A DNA stretch of 64,000 nt, taken from the NCBI GenBank assembly GCA_963739115.1, contig CAVTZB010000002.1, positions 84,338 to 148,337 on the forward strand. Direction: 5' to 3'. Below, in pieces: positions 28,165 to 37,770 of this stretch. The position numbers and the translations under genes are program-made. The stretch is from an uncultured Solirubrobacteraceae bacterium (GTDB lineage Bacteria > Actinomycetota > Thermoleophilia > Solirubrobacterales > Solirubrobacteraceae). Position 1 is the stretch's first letter. Every line of letters begins with the position of its first letter. Under the pieces are notes generated by a model, which saw nothing but the letters and a program-made list of their open reading frames with translations, had not been told where the DNA came from and did no database searches.

Positions 28165-28298
28165 ACGCGCATGCCGGCGCTGGACCGCGTCCTCGGTCGC
28201 TCGCGTGCGTAGCACGCCACGCTCCCTGCGTCCTTGTCCGGCTTGGCCTGCGTGTCCATGTCCATCTCGCACGAACGGAGTGCCATGTCTTCGCGTGA
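28161..28298 (+). other. 45-aa bridging mini-ORF from argJ stop (ATGA) into the argB start
   Basis: MNAHAGAGPRPRSLACVARHAPCVLVRLGLRVHVHLARTECHVFA*; stop lies 11 nt after the argB ATG. Confidence 0.45.
28165..28255. repeat. Interspersed hairpin element, copy 2, argJ-argB spacer
   Basis: Same 63-bp core; outer arms ACGCGCA/TGCGTGT differ in sequence from copy 1 but still pair. Confidence 0.92.
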
Positions 28299-29139
28299 CG
28301 TCGCAACCCTGCTCGAGGCGCTCCCGTACATCAGGGAGTTCCACGGTCGAACGGTGGTCATCAAGTACGGCGGCGCCGCGATGGAGGACGCTGCGCTGCG
28401 CGAGGAGTTCGCGCGCGACGTCGTGCTGCTCAAGTACGTCGGTCTGAACCCGATCGTCGTGCACGGCGGCGGCCCCGAGATCACCGCCTACATGGAAAGG
28501 CTGGGCCTGCCGGTGGAGTTCGTCGGCGGCCTGCGCGTGTCCGATGAGAGCACCGTGGAGGTGGCCAAGATGGTGCTCGTCGGCAAGGTCAACAAGGAGA
28601 TCGTGCTGCGCCTCAGCCGCCACGGCCAGCCGGCGGTGGGCCTGTGCGGTGACGACGGCTCGCTGTTCCGCGTCGCGCGGCGGGGTGGGCCTGACGGACA
28701 GGACATCGGCTTCGTTGGTCGCATCGAGCGCGTCAACGTCGGCGTGATCGAGCACGTCGCGAGCGACTACATCCCGGTGATCGCCTCGGTCGGCGCCGAC
28801 CGCGACGGGCACTCCTACAACGTCAACGCCGACGAGGCCGCCGGCGCCGTCGCTGGCGCGCTCGGGGCATACAAGGTGATCTTCCTGACTGACGTACCTG
28901 GGTGGCTGGAGGATCCCGCCGACACGGCGAGCCTGATCGGCCAGGCGACCGCCGAGCAGGTGCAGGCGGCGCTGCCGCAGCTCGACGGAGGCATGCGACC
29001 GAAGCTCGAGGCGTGCGTGGAGGCGATCAAGGACGGCGTCAGCGCGGCGCACATCCTCGACGGGCGCATTCCCCACTCGCTGCTGCTCGAGCTCTTCACC
29101 GACGCCGGCATAGGAACGAAGATCGAGGCTTCGCCATGA
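28285..29139 (+). CDS. argB: Acetylglutamate kinase
   Basis: VIKYGGAAM, VVHGGGPEI, GLRVSD, NVNAD, GGMRPKL; RBS GGAG before ATG 28285. Confidence 0.96.
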   Translation: MSSRDVATLLEALPYIREFHGRTVVIKYGGAAMEDAALREEFARDVVLLKYVGLNPIVVHGGGPEITAYMERLGLPVEFVGGLRVSDESTVEVAKMVLVGKVNKEIVLRLSRHGQPAVGLCGDDGSLFRVARRGGPDGQDIGFVGRIERVNVGVIEHVASDYIPVIASVGADRDGHSYNVNADEAAGAVAGALGAYKVIFLTDVPGWLEDPADTASLIGQATAEQVQAALPQLDGGMRPKLEACVEAIKDGVSAAHILDGRIPHSLLLELFTDAGIGTKIEASP

Positions 29140-29165
29140 CCCCGTCCATAGGGGAGCGGGTATGA
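29136..29165 (+). other. 9-aa bridging mini-ORF from argB stop (ATGA) to argD start (ATGA)
   Basis: ATG ACC CCG TCC ATA GGG GAG CGG GTA TGA; contains CCCC-N7-GGGG hairpin and SD GGGGAG. Confidence 0.45.
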
Positions 29166-30319
29166 GTCTCGCGGAGCTGCAGGAGCTCGAGCGCTCCAGC
29201 GTGATCGGCTCTTACGCGCGCCAGCCGGTCGAGTTCGTGCGCGGCGAGGGTGCGCGCCTGTGGGACGACGAGGGCAGCGAGTACCTCGACTTCCTGTGCG
29301 GGATCGGCGTGACGAGCCTGGGCCACTGCCACCCGCGCGTGGTGGAGGCGGTGCGCGAGCAGGTCGGACGGCTGATGCACGTGAGTAACCTGTTCTACAC
29401 CGAGCCGGCGATGCGCCTGGCCGCGCGCCTGTCGGACTCGAGCCTCGGCGGCAAGGTGTTCTTCTGCAACTCCGGTGCGGAGGCCAGCGAGGCGGCGATC
29501 AAGCTCGCGCGCAAGGCTCGCGCCGGCGGCGACATCGTGGTGCTGCACAACGCCTTCCATGGGCGCACGTTCGGCGCGCTGTCGGCGACGCCGCAGGAGG
29601 CCAAGCAGGCGCCGTTCGCGCCGCTGGTGCCGGGTTTTCGCGCGGTGGCCGCCGATCCCGAGGAGCTGCGCGCCGCGGTCGATGCGCGCACCGCGGCGGT
29701 GCTGATCGAGCCGATCCAGGGCGAGAGCGGCGTCAACGTGCTCGCAGCCGAGCTGCTGGCTGTCGCGCGCGCGGCGTGCGATGAGCATGGTGCGGCGCTG
29801 ATCTTCGACGAAGTGCAGTGCGGCATGGGCCGCACGGGCACGCTGTGGGCGTACGAGCAGACGGGCGTGCGGCCCGACGCGATGACCGTCGCGAAGGCGC
29901 TCGGTGGCGGCCTGCCGATCGGCGCGCTGATCACCGGCGAGCGGCTGGCGGACGTGCTCGCGCCGGGCGATCACGGCTCGACCTTCGCGGGCGGCCCGGT
30001 GGTCGCGAGCGCGGCGCTGGCGGCGCTCGATGTGACCGAGGACCCGGCGCTGCTCGAGCGGGTGCGCGAGCTCGGACAGCGGCTCGCCGCCGGCCTGGAG
30101 CGCCTCGCGCACGTGCGCTCGGTGCGCGGACGCGGGCTGATGCTCGCGTGCGAGCTCGATGTGCAGGCTCCGGCGCTCGTCCGCCGCGCGCTGCTCGACG
30201 AGCGGCTGGTGGTCAACGCCACTGGCCCCACCACGCTGCGGCTGCTGCCCCCGCTGATCGTCGGCGAGGCGGAGATCGACGACGCGCTGGCGCGGCTCGC
30301 GCGCGCGCTGGAGGGCTGA
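29162..30319 (+). CDS. argD: Acetylornithine aminotransferase
   Basis: YLDF..GI..LGHCHP, NSGAEA, FHGRT, EPIQGESG, FDEVQCGMGRTG, AKALGGGLPIG. Confidence 0.94.
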   Translation: MSLAELQELERSSVIGSYARQPVEFVRGEGARLWDDEGSEYLDFLCGIGVTSLGHCHPRVVEAVREQVGRLMHVSNLFYTEPAMRLAARLSDSSLGGKVFFCNSGAEASEAAIKLARKARAGGDIVVLHNAFHGRTFGALSATPQEAKQAPFAPLVPGFRAVAADPEELRAAVDARTAAVLIEPIQGESGVNVLAAELLAVARAACDEHGAALIFDEVQCGMGRTGTLWAYEQTGVRPDAMTVAKALGGGLPIGALITGERLADVLAPGDHGSTFAGGPVVASAALAALDVTEDPALLERVRELGQRLAAGLERLAHVRSVRGRGLMLACELDVQAPALVRRALLDERLVVNATGPTTLRLLPPLIVGEAEIDDALARLARALEG

Positions 30320-30321
30320 GC

Positions 30322-30786
30322 GTGCGCCGGGAGCTGGCAGGCGGCTTCGAGCTCGACGACGATCCAGGCCGCGTCGACGTGGACGCCGTGCACGCGTTCA
30401 TCAGCGGCGAGTCCTACTGGGGACAGGGACGCCCGCGCGAGCTCATCGAGCGCGCGATACGCGGATCGGCGCGCGTCGTGGGCCTCTACCAGGGCGACAC
30501 GCAGGTGGGCTTCGCGCGCGCGGTGTCCGACCGCGTGATCGTCGCCTATCTCGCCGACGTGTACGTGCTCGCCGAGTGCCGCGGCCGCGGGCTCGGCGTG
30601 GAGCTCGTGCGCGAGATACTCGAAGGAGGCTTCGGCCCGGACGTTCGCTGGCTGCTGCACACGGCCGACGCCCAGGGCCTGTACGCGAAGCTGGGCTTCG
30701 ACGAAGCCGCATCTACCTACCGGCTGATGGAACGCGCACGCGTCCGGGGCCCGCGTGAAGGCGCGAACGCCGCGCAGCCCGAGTAG
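30322..30786 (+). CDS. GNAT acetyltransferase within the arg operon
   Basis: QVGFARAVSD, YLADVYVLAECRGRGLG, AQGLYAKLGF. Confidence 0.85.
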   Translation: MRRELAGGFELDDDPGRVDVDAVHAFISGESYWGQGRPRELIERAIRGSARVVGLYQGDTQVGFARAVSDRVIVAYLADVYVLAECRGRGLGVELVREILEGGFGPDVRWLLHTADAQGLYAKLGFDEAASTYRLMERARVRGPREGANAAQPE

Positions 30787-30797
30787 CCTACGCCGCC

Positions 30798-32060
30798 GTG
30801 AGCCGCGAGACCGAGATCCCCACGCTGCGCAGCGCCTCCTACGAGGCCGATCCCGCGCAGGTCCACCGCGTGCTGCTGCTGTACTCCGGCGGCCTCGACA
30901 CGAGCGTGATGCTCAAGTGGATCCAGGACTCCTACGGCGCGGAGGTCGTGTGCCTGACGGTGAACCTCGGGCAGCCGGGCGAGGACTACGCGGTGATCGA
31001 GGGCAAGGCGCTCGCGCTCGGCGCGCTGGAGTGCCACGTGGTCGACGCGCGCGAGCAGTTCGTGCATGAGTACGTGCTGCCGGCGATCAAGGCCAACGCG
31101 CTGTACGGCGGGGGCTACCCGCTGTTCACCGCGCTCGGGCGCCCGCTGATCGCGAAGCTCGCGGTCGAGCAGGCGCGCGCCTCGGGCTGCGACACGATCG
31201 CCCACGGCTGCACCGGCAAGGGCAACGACCAGGTGCGGATCGAGGCGACGATCGCGACTCTGGCCCCCGAGCTGAAGGTGATCGCGCCGGTGCGCTCGTG
31301 GCAGATGGGCCGCGAGGAGGAGATCGCCTACGCGCGCGAGCACGGCATACCGATCAAGGGCGGGGCGGAGGCGACGCCGTACTCGATCGACGACAACCTC
31401 TGGGGTCGCTCATCGGAGGGTCGCTGGATCGAGGATCTCGAGCACGCCCCCGACGATGACGTCTTCCAGCTGGTGACCCCCCCGGAGCGGGCCCCCGACG
31501 AGCCACAGCAGCTCGAGCTGAGCTTCGAGCGCGGCGTCCCGGTCGCCCTCGACGGCGAGCGCCTGGAGCCCGTCGCGCTGATCGAACGCGTCGCGGAGAT
31601 CGGAGCGCGCCACGGCGTCGGCATCGTCGACCACATCGAGGACCGCATCGTCGGGCTGAAGGTTCGCGACATCTACGAGGTCCCGGCCGCGGCGATCGTG
31701 CTGCTCGCCCATCAGGAGCTCGAGCGCCTCGTGTGCACGATCCATCAGAACCAGTTCAAGCCCGAGCTCGACCGCCAGTGGGCCTACCTCGTCTACGCGG
31801 GCCTGTGGTGGGAGCCACTGCGCGAGGACCTCGACGCGTACATGGAGCGCGTCAACGAGCGCGCCACGGGGACGATCGGCGTCAAGCTGTACAAGGGCCA
31901 CGCGCGCGTGGTCACACGCTCGTCCCCCAACGCCGTCTACGACGCGAGCCTGGCATCGTTCTCGCAGTCCGGCGGGCTGTTCTCGCAGTCCGCGGCGCCG
32001 GGCTTCATCGAGCTGTGGTCGCTGCAGTCGCGGATGGCCTGGCGCCTGCGTAACAGCTGA
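30798..32060 (+). CDS. argG: Argininosuccinate synthase
   Basis: LLYSGGLDTS, AHGCTGKGNDQVR, YSIDDNLWGRSSEG, RDIYEVPAA. Confidence 0.96.
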   Translation: MSRETEIPTLRSASYEADPAQVHRVLLLYSGGLDTSVMLKWIQDSYGAEVVCLTVNLGQPGEDYAVIEGKALALGALECHVVDAREQFVHEYVLPAIKANALYGGGYPLFTALGRPLIAKLAVEQARASGCDTIAHGCTGKGNDQVRIEATIATLAPELKVIAPVRSWQMGREEEIAYAREHGIPIKGGAEATPYSIDDNLWGRSSEGRWIEDLEHAPDDDVFQLVTPPERAPDEPQQLELSFERGVPVALDGERLEPVALIERVAEIGARHGVGIVDHIEDRIVGLKVRDIYEVPAAAIVLLAHQELERLVCTIHQNQFKPELDRQWAYLVYAGLWWEPLREDLDAYMERVNERATGTIGVKLYKGHARVVTRSSPNAVYDASLASFSQSGGLFSQSAAPGFIELWSLQSRMAWRLRNS

Positions 32061-32115
32061 CCCGCACGGATCGCGCTGACCGTCCGGCGCGACCCATAAG
32101 TTGGCCGGCAGCGTG

Positions 32116-33207
32116 ATGGCCGAAGGCAGCGAGACACCGAACGGCGAACAGGGCCCTGGGCCCGAGGGTCGCCCGCGCCGCAACGAGGGTGACCTGCTGT
32201 CCGAACGCCGTGCCCGCCGTGCCGCCGAGAGCGGCGAGGCCGCGCTGATGCGCCGCGCGGAGGCGGCCGAAGCCACGGTGCAGACGCTCGAACGCCACGT
32301 GGCCAGCCTGCAGCAGCGGCTGCGCGAGGCCGAGGACGATCGTCTGCGGATCGACGAGCTGCTCGAGGTCGAGCGCGCGGCGGCGCTCGAGCGCGAGCAC
32401 GAGCTGCGGCGCGTCAAGCAGCGCGAGTACGCCGAGCAGCAGCTGCGCGTCGAGGCTGAGGAGCGGATGCTGAGCGTCGACCGCGAGAGCCGCGTCGAGA
32501 TCGAGCGGCTCGAGGTGCGCCTGAGTGCCAGCGAGCTCGACGCTCGCGAGCTCGGGCGGCGCATCGAGGACCTGCAGCGCCAGCTCGCTGAGGCCGAGCA
32601 GGAGGTGGCGGCGGAGCGCGCGACGGTGCGTCGCGCCGAGCAGGGCCTGCAGGTGCGACTGACCGAGCTCGAGCGCCAGGTGCTGGAGATCCAGCGCGGG
32701 CTCGACGCCGAGCGCTCGGCGCGTGAGCGCTCGGAGCGTCTGCTCGAGCGCATGCGCGAAGGTCACCGGCGCCTGGAGGCGCTGCTGGGAGAGATGAACG
32801 GCATCGTGGCGCGGGTCACAGCCGCGCTCGCGGGCGGCGGGCGAACCGCGCTCGCGCGCCAGTCGCCGCCGACCAACGCCCCGGAGACCCGAGGCGCCGA
32901 GATGGCCGACGCCCTGGCGGCAGCCGTCGAGCGCCTGCGCGCGCGCGCCGAGGCCGCGCCGCCGGTCGGCGACGCATCGGTCGAGCCGGCGGACGCACCA
33001 GCCGAGCAGGCCGCGCCGGCGGACGCACCAGTTGCGCAGGCCGAGCCGAGCGCCCCCGAGGGCTTTGCCCCGCCGGCCCGCCAGACGGCCGCTCAGGGCC
33101 CGCGCGTCGTGTTCCGCGAGCCCGTCGCGCGGCCTTCCGTGCACAAGCACAGCCTGTCGTGGTTCGCGCGCCGACGGATCAAGCGCAAACAGCGGCGCGG
33201 GCAGTGA
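32116..33207 (+). CDS. Coiled-coil hypothetical protein with Pro/Ala-rich linker and basic tail
   Basis: About 230 aa of E/R/L/A heptad-like sequence; tail HKHSLSWFARRRIKRKQRRGQ. Confidence 0.7.
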   Translation: MAEGSETPNGEQGPGPEGRPRRNEGDLLSERRARRAAESGEAALMRRAEAAEATVQTLERHVASLQQRLREAEDDRLRIDELLEVERAAALEREHELRRVKQREYAEQQLRVEAEERMLSVDRESRVEIERLEVRLSASELDARELGRRIEDLQRQLAEAEQEVAAERATVRRAEQGLQVRLTELERQVLEIQRGLDAERSARERSERLLERMREGHRRLEALLGEMNGIVARVTAALAGGGRTALARQSPPTNAPETRGAEMADALAAAVERLRARAEAAPPVGDASVEPADAPAEQAAPADAPVAQAEPSAPEGFAPPARQTAAQGPRVVFREPVARPSVHKHSLSWFARRRIKRKQRRGQ

Positions 33208-33241
33208 TCTCCGCCGCGCCGACGCCTAGCATGCAGTCCCA

Positions 33242-36200
33242 GTGAGCAGCATCTCCTGCGCCCATCTCCACGTCCACTCCGAGTACTCGCTGCTCGACGG
33301 CGCTTGCAAGATCGAAGCGCTGGCTGAGCGCGCGGCGAAGTTCGACCAGCCGGCCCTGGCGCTGACCGACCACGGCGTGATGAACGGCGCGGTCGAGCTG
33401 TACAAGGCGTGCAAGAAGCACGACGTCAAGCCGATCGTCGGCTGCGAGATCTACCTGGTCGACGACCACACCGCCACCGGCAAGGTCGAGCGCAACCACC
33501 TGACGCTGCTCGCCGCCGACGACGCGGGCTATCGCAACCTCGTCAAGCTCTCCTCGGCCGGCTTCCTGGAGGGCTTGCAGCGGGGCAAGCCGACCGTCGA
33601 CCTCGCCCAGGTCGAGCGCCACTCGCAGGGCGTGATCGCGCTCACGGGCTGCCTGGCCTCGCGCTTCTGCCAGCGCCTGCTCGATGATCGCGAGCAGGAG
33701 GCGCGGGCGCACGCTGACGAGCTTCTACGCGTGTTCGGCTCAGAGAACGTGTACTTCGAGGTCCAGAAGAACGGCCTCGCGCCGCAGGACAAGTGCAACG
33801 AGGGGATCGTCAGGATCGCGCGCGAGATGGGGGGCAGCCTCGTGGGCACCGGCGACGTCCACTACCTGCGCCGCGAGGACTACGACCACCACACGGCGCT
33901 CCTGTGCGTGCAGACGAAGAGCACGATTGCGGCGCCGAAGCTGACGTTCGACACGAACGAGTTCTACCTGCGCGACAGCGAGGAAATGTCGCGCGCGTTC
34001 GCCGAGTGGCCGGAGGCGATCGCGAGCACGCTCGAGATCGCCGAGCGCTGCTCGGTCGAGCTCGAGCTCGGCAAGCAGCTGATCCCGAGCTACCCGACGC
34101 CCGACGGAAGCGACGAGCGCTCCTACCTGCGTGCGCGCGTGCAGGAGGGTCTGCGTCTGCGCTATGGCGACCCGCCGCCGGCCGCCGCGCTCGAGCGCAT
34201 GGAGATGGAGCTCGACGTGATCGACCGCATGGGCTTCAACGCGTACTTCCTGATCGTGTGGGACTTCGTCAAGTTCGCCAAGGAGAACGGCATCGCCGTC
34301 GGGCCCGGCCGTGGCTCAGCGGCGGGGTCGATCGTCTCCTACTGCCTGGCGATCACTGACGTCGACCCGTTGCGCTACGATCTGCTGTTCGAGCGCTTCC
34401 TGAACCCCGAGCGCGTGTCGATGCCGGACATCGACATCGACTTCTCGGTGCGCGGGCGCGAGCGGGTGATGAAGTACGTGACGGAGAAGTACGGGCGCGA
34501 GTCGGTCGCGCAGATCGTCACCTTCGGCAAGATGTTCCCGCGCGCGGCCACGCGCGACGCGGCACGGGTGCTGGGCTTCGACTATGGCGCGGGCGATCGC
34601 CTCGCGAAGCTGATCCCTGACCCGATCATGGGCCGCTCGCCGTCGTTCGAGGACTGCCTGAAGCCCGGCCAGCCGCTGCGCAAGGCCTGCGACGAAGACC
34701 CGACGGCGAAGCAGATCGTCGACGTCGCGCAGGGCCTGGAGGGGATCGTGCGCAACTCATCGATCCACGCCGCGGCGGTCGTGATCGCCGACCGGCCGCT
34801 GACGGACATCGTGCCGCTGCAGCTGGCCGACGCGGGCACCGACGAGAACGGCGAGCGTGCGTTCCGCACCGTGACCCAGTTCTCGATGAAGCCAATCGAG
34901 GAAATCGGCATCCTCAAGATGGATTTCCTGGGGCTGCGCAACCTCGACGTGATCGAGGATGCGCTCGACATCATCGAGCGCTCCACCGGCGAGCGCCCGG
35001 ACATGACGACGCTGCCGCTCGACGACGCCAAGACCTTTGAGATGCTCTCGCGCGGGGACTCCACCGGGGTCTTCCAGTTCGAGTCCGATGGCATGCGCGA
35101 GGCGCTCAAGAAGGTGCGCCCGGACGAGTTCGAAGACCTCGTCGCGCTCAACGCGCTGTACCGCCCCGGCGCGATGGACCAGATCCCGGTGTACGCCAAG
35201 GGCAAGCTCCACCCCGAGTCGATCGCCTACCCCGACGAGCGCCTGCGCCACATCCTCGAGTCCTCCAAGGGCGTGATCCTCTACCAGGAGCAGGCGATGC
35301 AGATCTCCAAGGAGCTCGCGGGCTTCTCGGGGGCCAAGGCGGATGACCTGCGCAAGGCGATCGGCAAGAAGAACCGCCAGGCGATGGCGGCGCTGAAGCC
35401 GGAGTTCGTCGAGGGGTGCCGCGCGTCGGGCACCAGGCCAGACGTGATCGAGTTCCTGTGGAACACCAACGAGCGGTCCGCCGACTACTCGTTCAACAAG
35501 AGCCACGCGGCTTGCTACGGGCTGATCGGCTACCGCACGGCGTGGCTGAAGGCCAACCACACCGCCGAGTACATGGCGGCGCTGATCTCCTCGGTGATGT
35601 CCACGAAGGACAAGGTCCCGTACTTCGTCGCGCGCTGCGAGGACATGGGCATCGAGATCCTGCCGCCCGACGTCAACCTCTCAGACCACGAGTTCACGGT
35701 CGGCGCGCCGTCCGAGGAGGGTGGCCTCGGCAGCATCCGCTTCGGCCTGGACGCCGTCAAGGGCGTGGGCTACCAGGCGGTCGAGGCGATCAAGCGGGCG
35801 CGGGAGGAGGGCGGGGAGCTCGCCTCGATCTGGGACTTCTGCGAGCGCGTCGACGGGCGCACCGTCAACAAGAAGGCGATCGAGGCGCTCGTCAAGTGCG
35901 GCGCGTTCGGCTCGACTGGAGCCACCCGCAAGGGGATGCTCGAAGTGCTCGAGAAGGCGCAGGCCAAAGGCCAGCAGGTCCAGCAGGACGCGCAGATCGG
36001 TCAGGGCTCGATCTTCGATCTGCAGGAAGACGGCGCGAGCGCCGGCGCTCAAACGGCCTCTGGCTCGGCGATGAGCGCGTTCGCCGCGCCCGTGCACCCG
36101 CCGATACCGGCGGAGGAGTTCGACCAGCCGGAGCTGCTGGCGGCGGAGAAGGAAGCGATCGGGCTGTTCGTGTCCGCGCACCCGCTGAAGCCGCTGCGCG

Positions 36201-36856
36201 ACGCGCTGCGAGCACGGGTCGACTGCCCGATCTCGGCGCTCGAGGACCGTCGCGACAAGGACTGGGTGACGGTCGGCGGGATCATCACCGAGGCCAAGCG
36301 CATCCGCACGCGCAACGGCGATCACATGATGTTCGCGACCCTCGACGACCTCGCGGGGGCGGTCGAGATGCTCGTCTTCGGCAAGGCGCTGGTCGAGCAC
36401 GAGGCGGCGCTGACGGTCGATGCGGTGGTGATCGTGAAGGGGCGCGTCGACCACAAGGAAGCCGGCAAGACGTGCCTGGTGGTGCAGAGCGTCGAAGCGT
36501 TCACACCCTCGCAGGAGGAGATCGCGCGGGCGAGCGACCAGGCGCGCGCGGCCGCGCGTAGCGCCACCGCGCTCGCCGAGCCTGTCGAGCTGCGCATCGC
36601 AGCGGCGGATCTCAGCGAGGGCACGATCGACGAGCTCAGGGAGCGACTCGAGGAATGCCGGGGCCAGGCCGAGGTGATCGTCGAGATCGAGGCCAGCGAC
36701 GGCCGCACGCGCCGCCTGCGTCTCGGCGAGGACTACCGCGTGCGCCACACGCCGACGCTGCTCTCCGAACTGCACGCCGCGGTGGGAGCGCGGACCACGG
36801 TCGCCGCCGTGCCCTCCCCGACCACAGCGCCGCTAGCCGCCGTCGCGAGCGCCTGA
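33242..36856 (+). CDS. dnaE: DNA polymerase III alpha subunit
   Basis: HLHVHSEYSLLDG, GPGRGSAAGS, SMPDIDIDF, KMDFLGLRNL, FNKSH; no intein. Confidence 0.98.
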   Translation: MSSISCAHLHVHSEYSLLDGACKIEALAERAAKFDQPALALTDHGVMNGAVELYKACKKHDVKPIVGCEIYLVDDHTATGKVERNHLTLLAADDAGYRNLVKLSSAGFLEGLQRGKPTVDLAQVERHSQGVIALTGCLASRFCQRLLDDREQEARAHADELLRVFGSENVYFEVQKNGLAPQDKCNEGIVRIAREMGGSLVGTGDVHYLRREDYDHHTALLCVQTKSTIAAPKLTFDTNEFYLRDSEEMSRAFAEWPEAIASTLEIAERCSVELELGKQLIPSYPTPDGSDERSYLRARVQEGLRLRYGDPPPAAALERMEMELDVIDRMGFNAYFLIVWDFVKFAKENGIAVGPGRGSAAGSIVSYCLAITDVDPLRYDLLFERFLNPERVSMPDIDIDFSVRGRERVMKYVTEKYGRESVAQIVTFGKMFPRAATRDAARVLGFDYGAGDRLAKLIPDPIMGRSPSFEDCLKPGQPLRKACDEDPTAKQIVDVAQGLEGIVRNSSIHAAAVVIADRPLTDIVPLQLADAGTDENGERAFRTVTQFSMKPIEEIGILKMDFLGLRNLDVIEDALDIIERSTGERPDMTTLPLDDAKTFEMLSRGDSTGVFQFESDGMREALKKVRPDEFEDLVALNALYRPGAMDQIPVYAKGKLHPESIAYPDERLRHILESSKGVILYQEQAMQISKELAGFSGAKADDLRKAIGKKNRQAMAALKPEFVEGCRASGTRPDVIEFLWNTNERSADYSFNKSHAACYGLIGYRTAWLKANHTAEYMAALISSVMSTKDKVPYFVARCEDMGIEILPPDVNLSDHEFTVGAPSEEGGLGSIRFGLDAVKGVGYQAVEAIKRAREEGGELASIWDFCERVDGRTVNKKAIEALVKCGAFGSTGATRKGMLEVLEKAQAKGQQVQQDAQIGQGSIFDLQEDGASAGAQTASGSAMSAFAAPVHPPIPAEEFDQPELLAAEKEAIGLFVSAHPLKPLRDALRARVDCPISALEDRRDKDWVTVGGIITEAKRIRTRNGDHMMFATLDDLAGAVEMLVFGKALVEHEAALTVDAVVIVKGRVDHKEAGKTCLVVQSVEAFTPSQEEIARASDQARAAARSATALAEPVELRIAAADLSEGTIDELRERLEECRGQAEVIVEIEASDGRTRRLRLGEDYRVRHTPTLLSELHAAVGARTTVAAVPSPTTAPLAAVASA

Positions 36857-36865
36857 GCGCCCGCA

Positions 36866-37726
36866 TCAGCCGCGGGCGGCGATCCCCCGCTCGCGCAGCG
36901 CCACCGCGAACGCGACTTCCTGCGCGGAGGCGCCGCTGCGGTTCTCGCCTGGGGTCTCGAGCACGCATGGCAGCTTCTGCAGCGCGGGAGCGGACAGGAA
37001 CGCGCTGCATCCGTCCTCGCCGAGCTCGCCCTCGCCGAGGTTGGCGTGGCGGTCGCGGTTGGAGCCGAGCGGGGTCTGGGAGTCGTTGAGATGCAGCGAG
37101 CGGACACGTCCGCGACCGAGCTTGCGCGTGCACTGGCGCAGCACGCTCGCCATCCCGCCGGGGGTGCGGATGTCATAGCCGGAGGCGAACAGGTGGCAGG
37201 AGTCCAGGCACACGCCGAGGCGTGCGTCCCCGCCGGCGCCGTCCACCAGGGCCGCCAGCTCCTCGAACGAGCGCCCGAGCGTGCCGCCCGCTCCGGCGGT
37301 GTTCTCGAGATGCAGCTCGCAGCCCTCGCTTTCCTGCAGCGCCTCGCGGATCGTCGCGGCCGCCCGCTCGATCGCCTCGCCCACGTGCCCGGTCTTGGCC
37401 GAGCCCGGATGCAGCACCACCCCGGCGGCGCCGATCGCGTGACCCGCGCGCAGCGAGTGAGTCAGAGACGCGAGCGATTTCGAGCGGATGTCTGGATCCT
37501 CGCTGGCGCAGTTGAGCAGATACACCGCGTGGATCAGCACGGCGTCGATCGGGCTGTCGCTCATCGCCTCGCGGAACGCGGCTACATCCTCGTCGCGGTA
37601 GACCGTCGCCCTCCACATCCGCGGCGACTGGTTGAAGATCTGGATCGCGCGGCAGCCACGCTCGACACCGCGCGCGATCGCCTTCGGCAGGCCGCCCGCG
37701 GGCGAGACGTGCGCTCCGATCAGCAT
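36866..37726 (-). CDS. nfo: Endonuclease IV
   Basis: IGAHVS..GG, IHAVYLLN, VLHPGS, LENTAG, CLDSCH, HLNDS, DRHA. Confidence 0.93.
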   Translation of the reverse strand: MLIGAHVSPAGGLPKAIARGVERGCRAIQIFNQSPRMWRATVYRDEDVAAFREAMSDSPIDAVLIHAVYLLNCASEDPDIRSKSLASLTHSLRAGHAIGAAGVVLHPGSAKTGHVGEAIERAAATIREALQESEGCELHLENTAGAGGTLGRSFEELAALVDGAGGDARLGVCLDSCHLFASGYDIRTPGGMASVLRQCTRKLGRGRVRSLHLNDSQTPLGSNRDRHANLGEGELGEDGCSAFLSAPALQKLPCVLETPGENRSGASAQEVAFAVALRERGIAARG

Positions 37727-37770
37727 GACGTGTGGCTCGGGACGGCTGCGACTAGCATGCGGCGCATCCT

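Noticed and set aside
23231-28249. The 63-bp repeats as a CRISPR array or IS ends
   Set aside because: Only two copies 5 kb apart, same orientation, no spacers, no cas or transposase; essential genes lie between.
34880-34950. A few A/T-ending codons near KMDFLGLRN in dnaE
   Set aside because: Only about 4 of 28 codons; within noise, unlike the pcrA patch.
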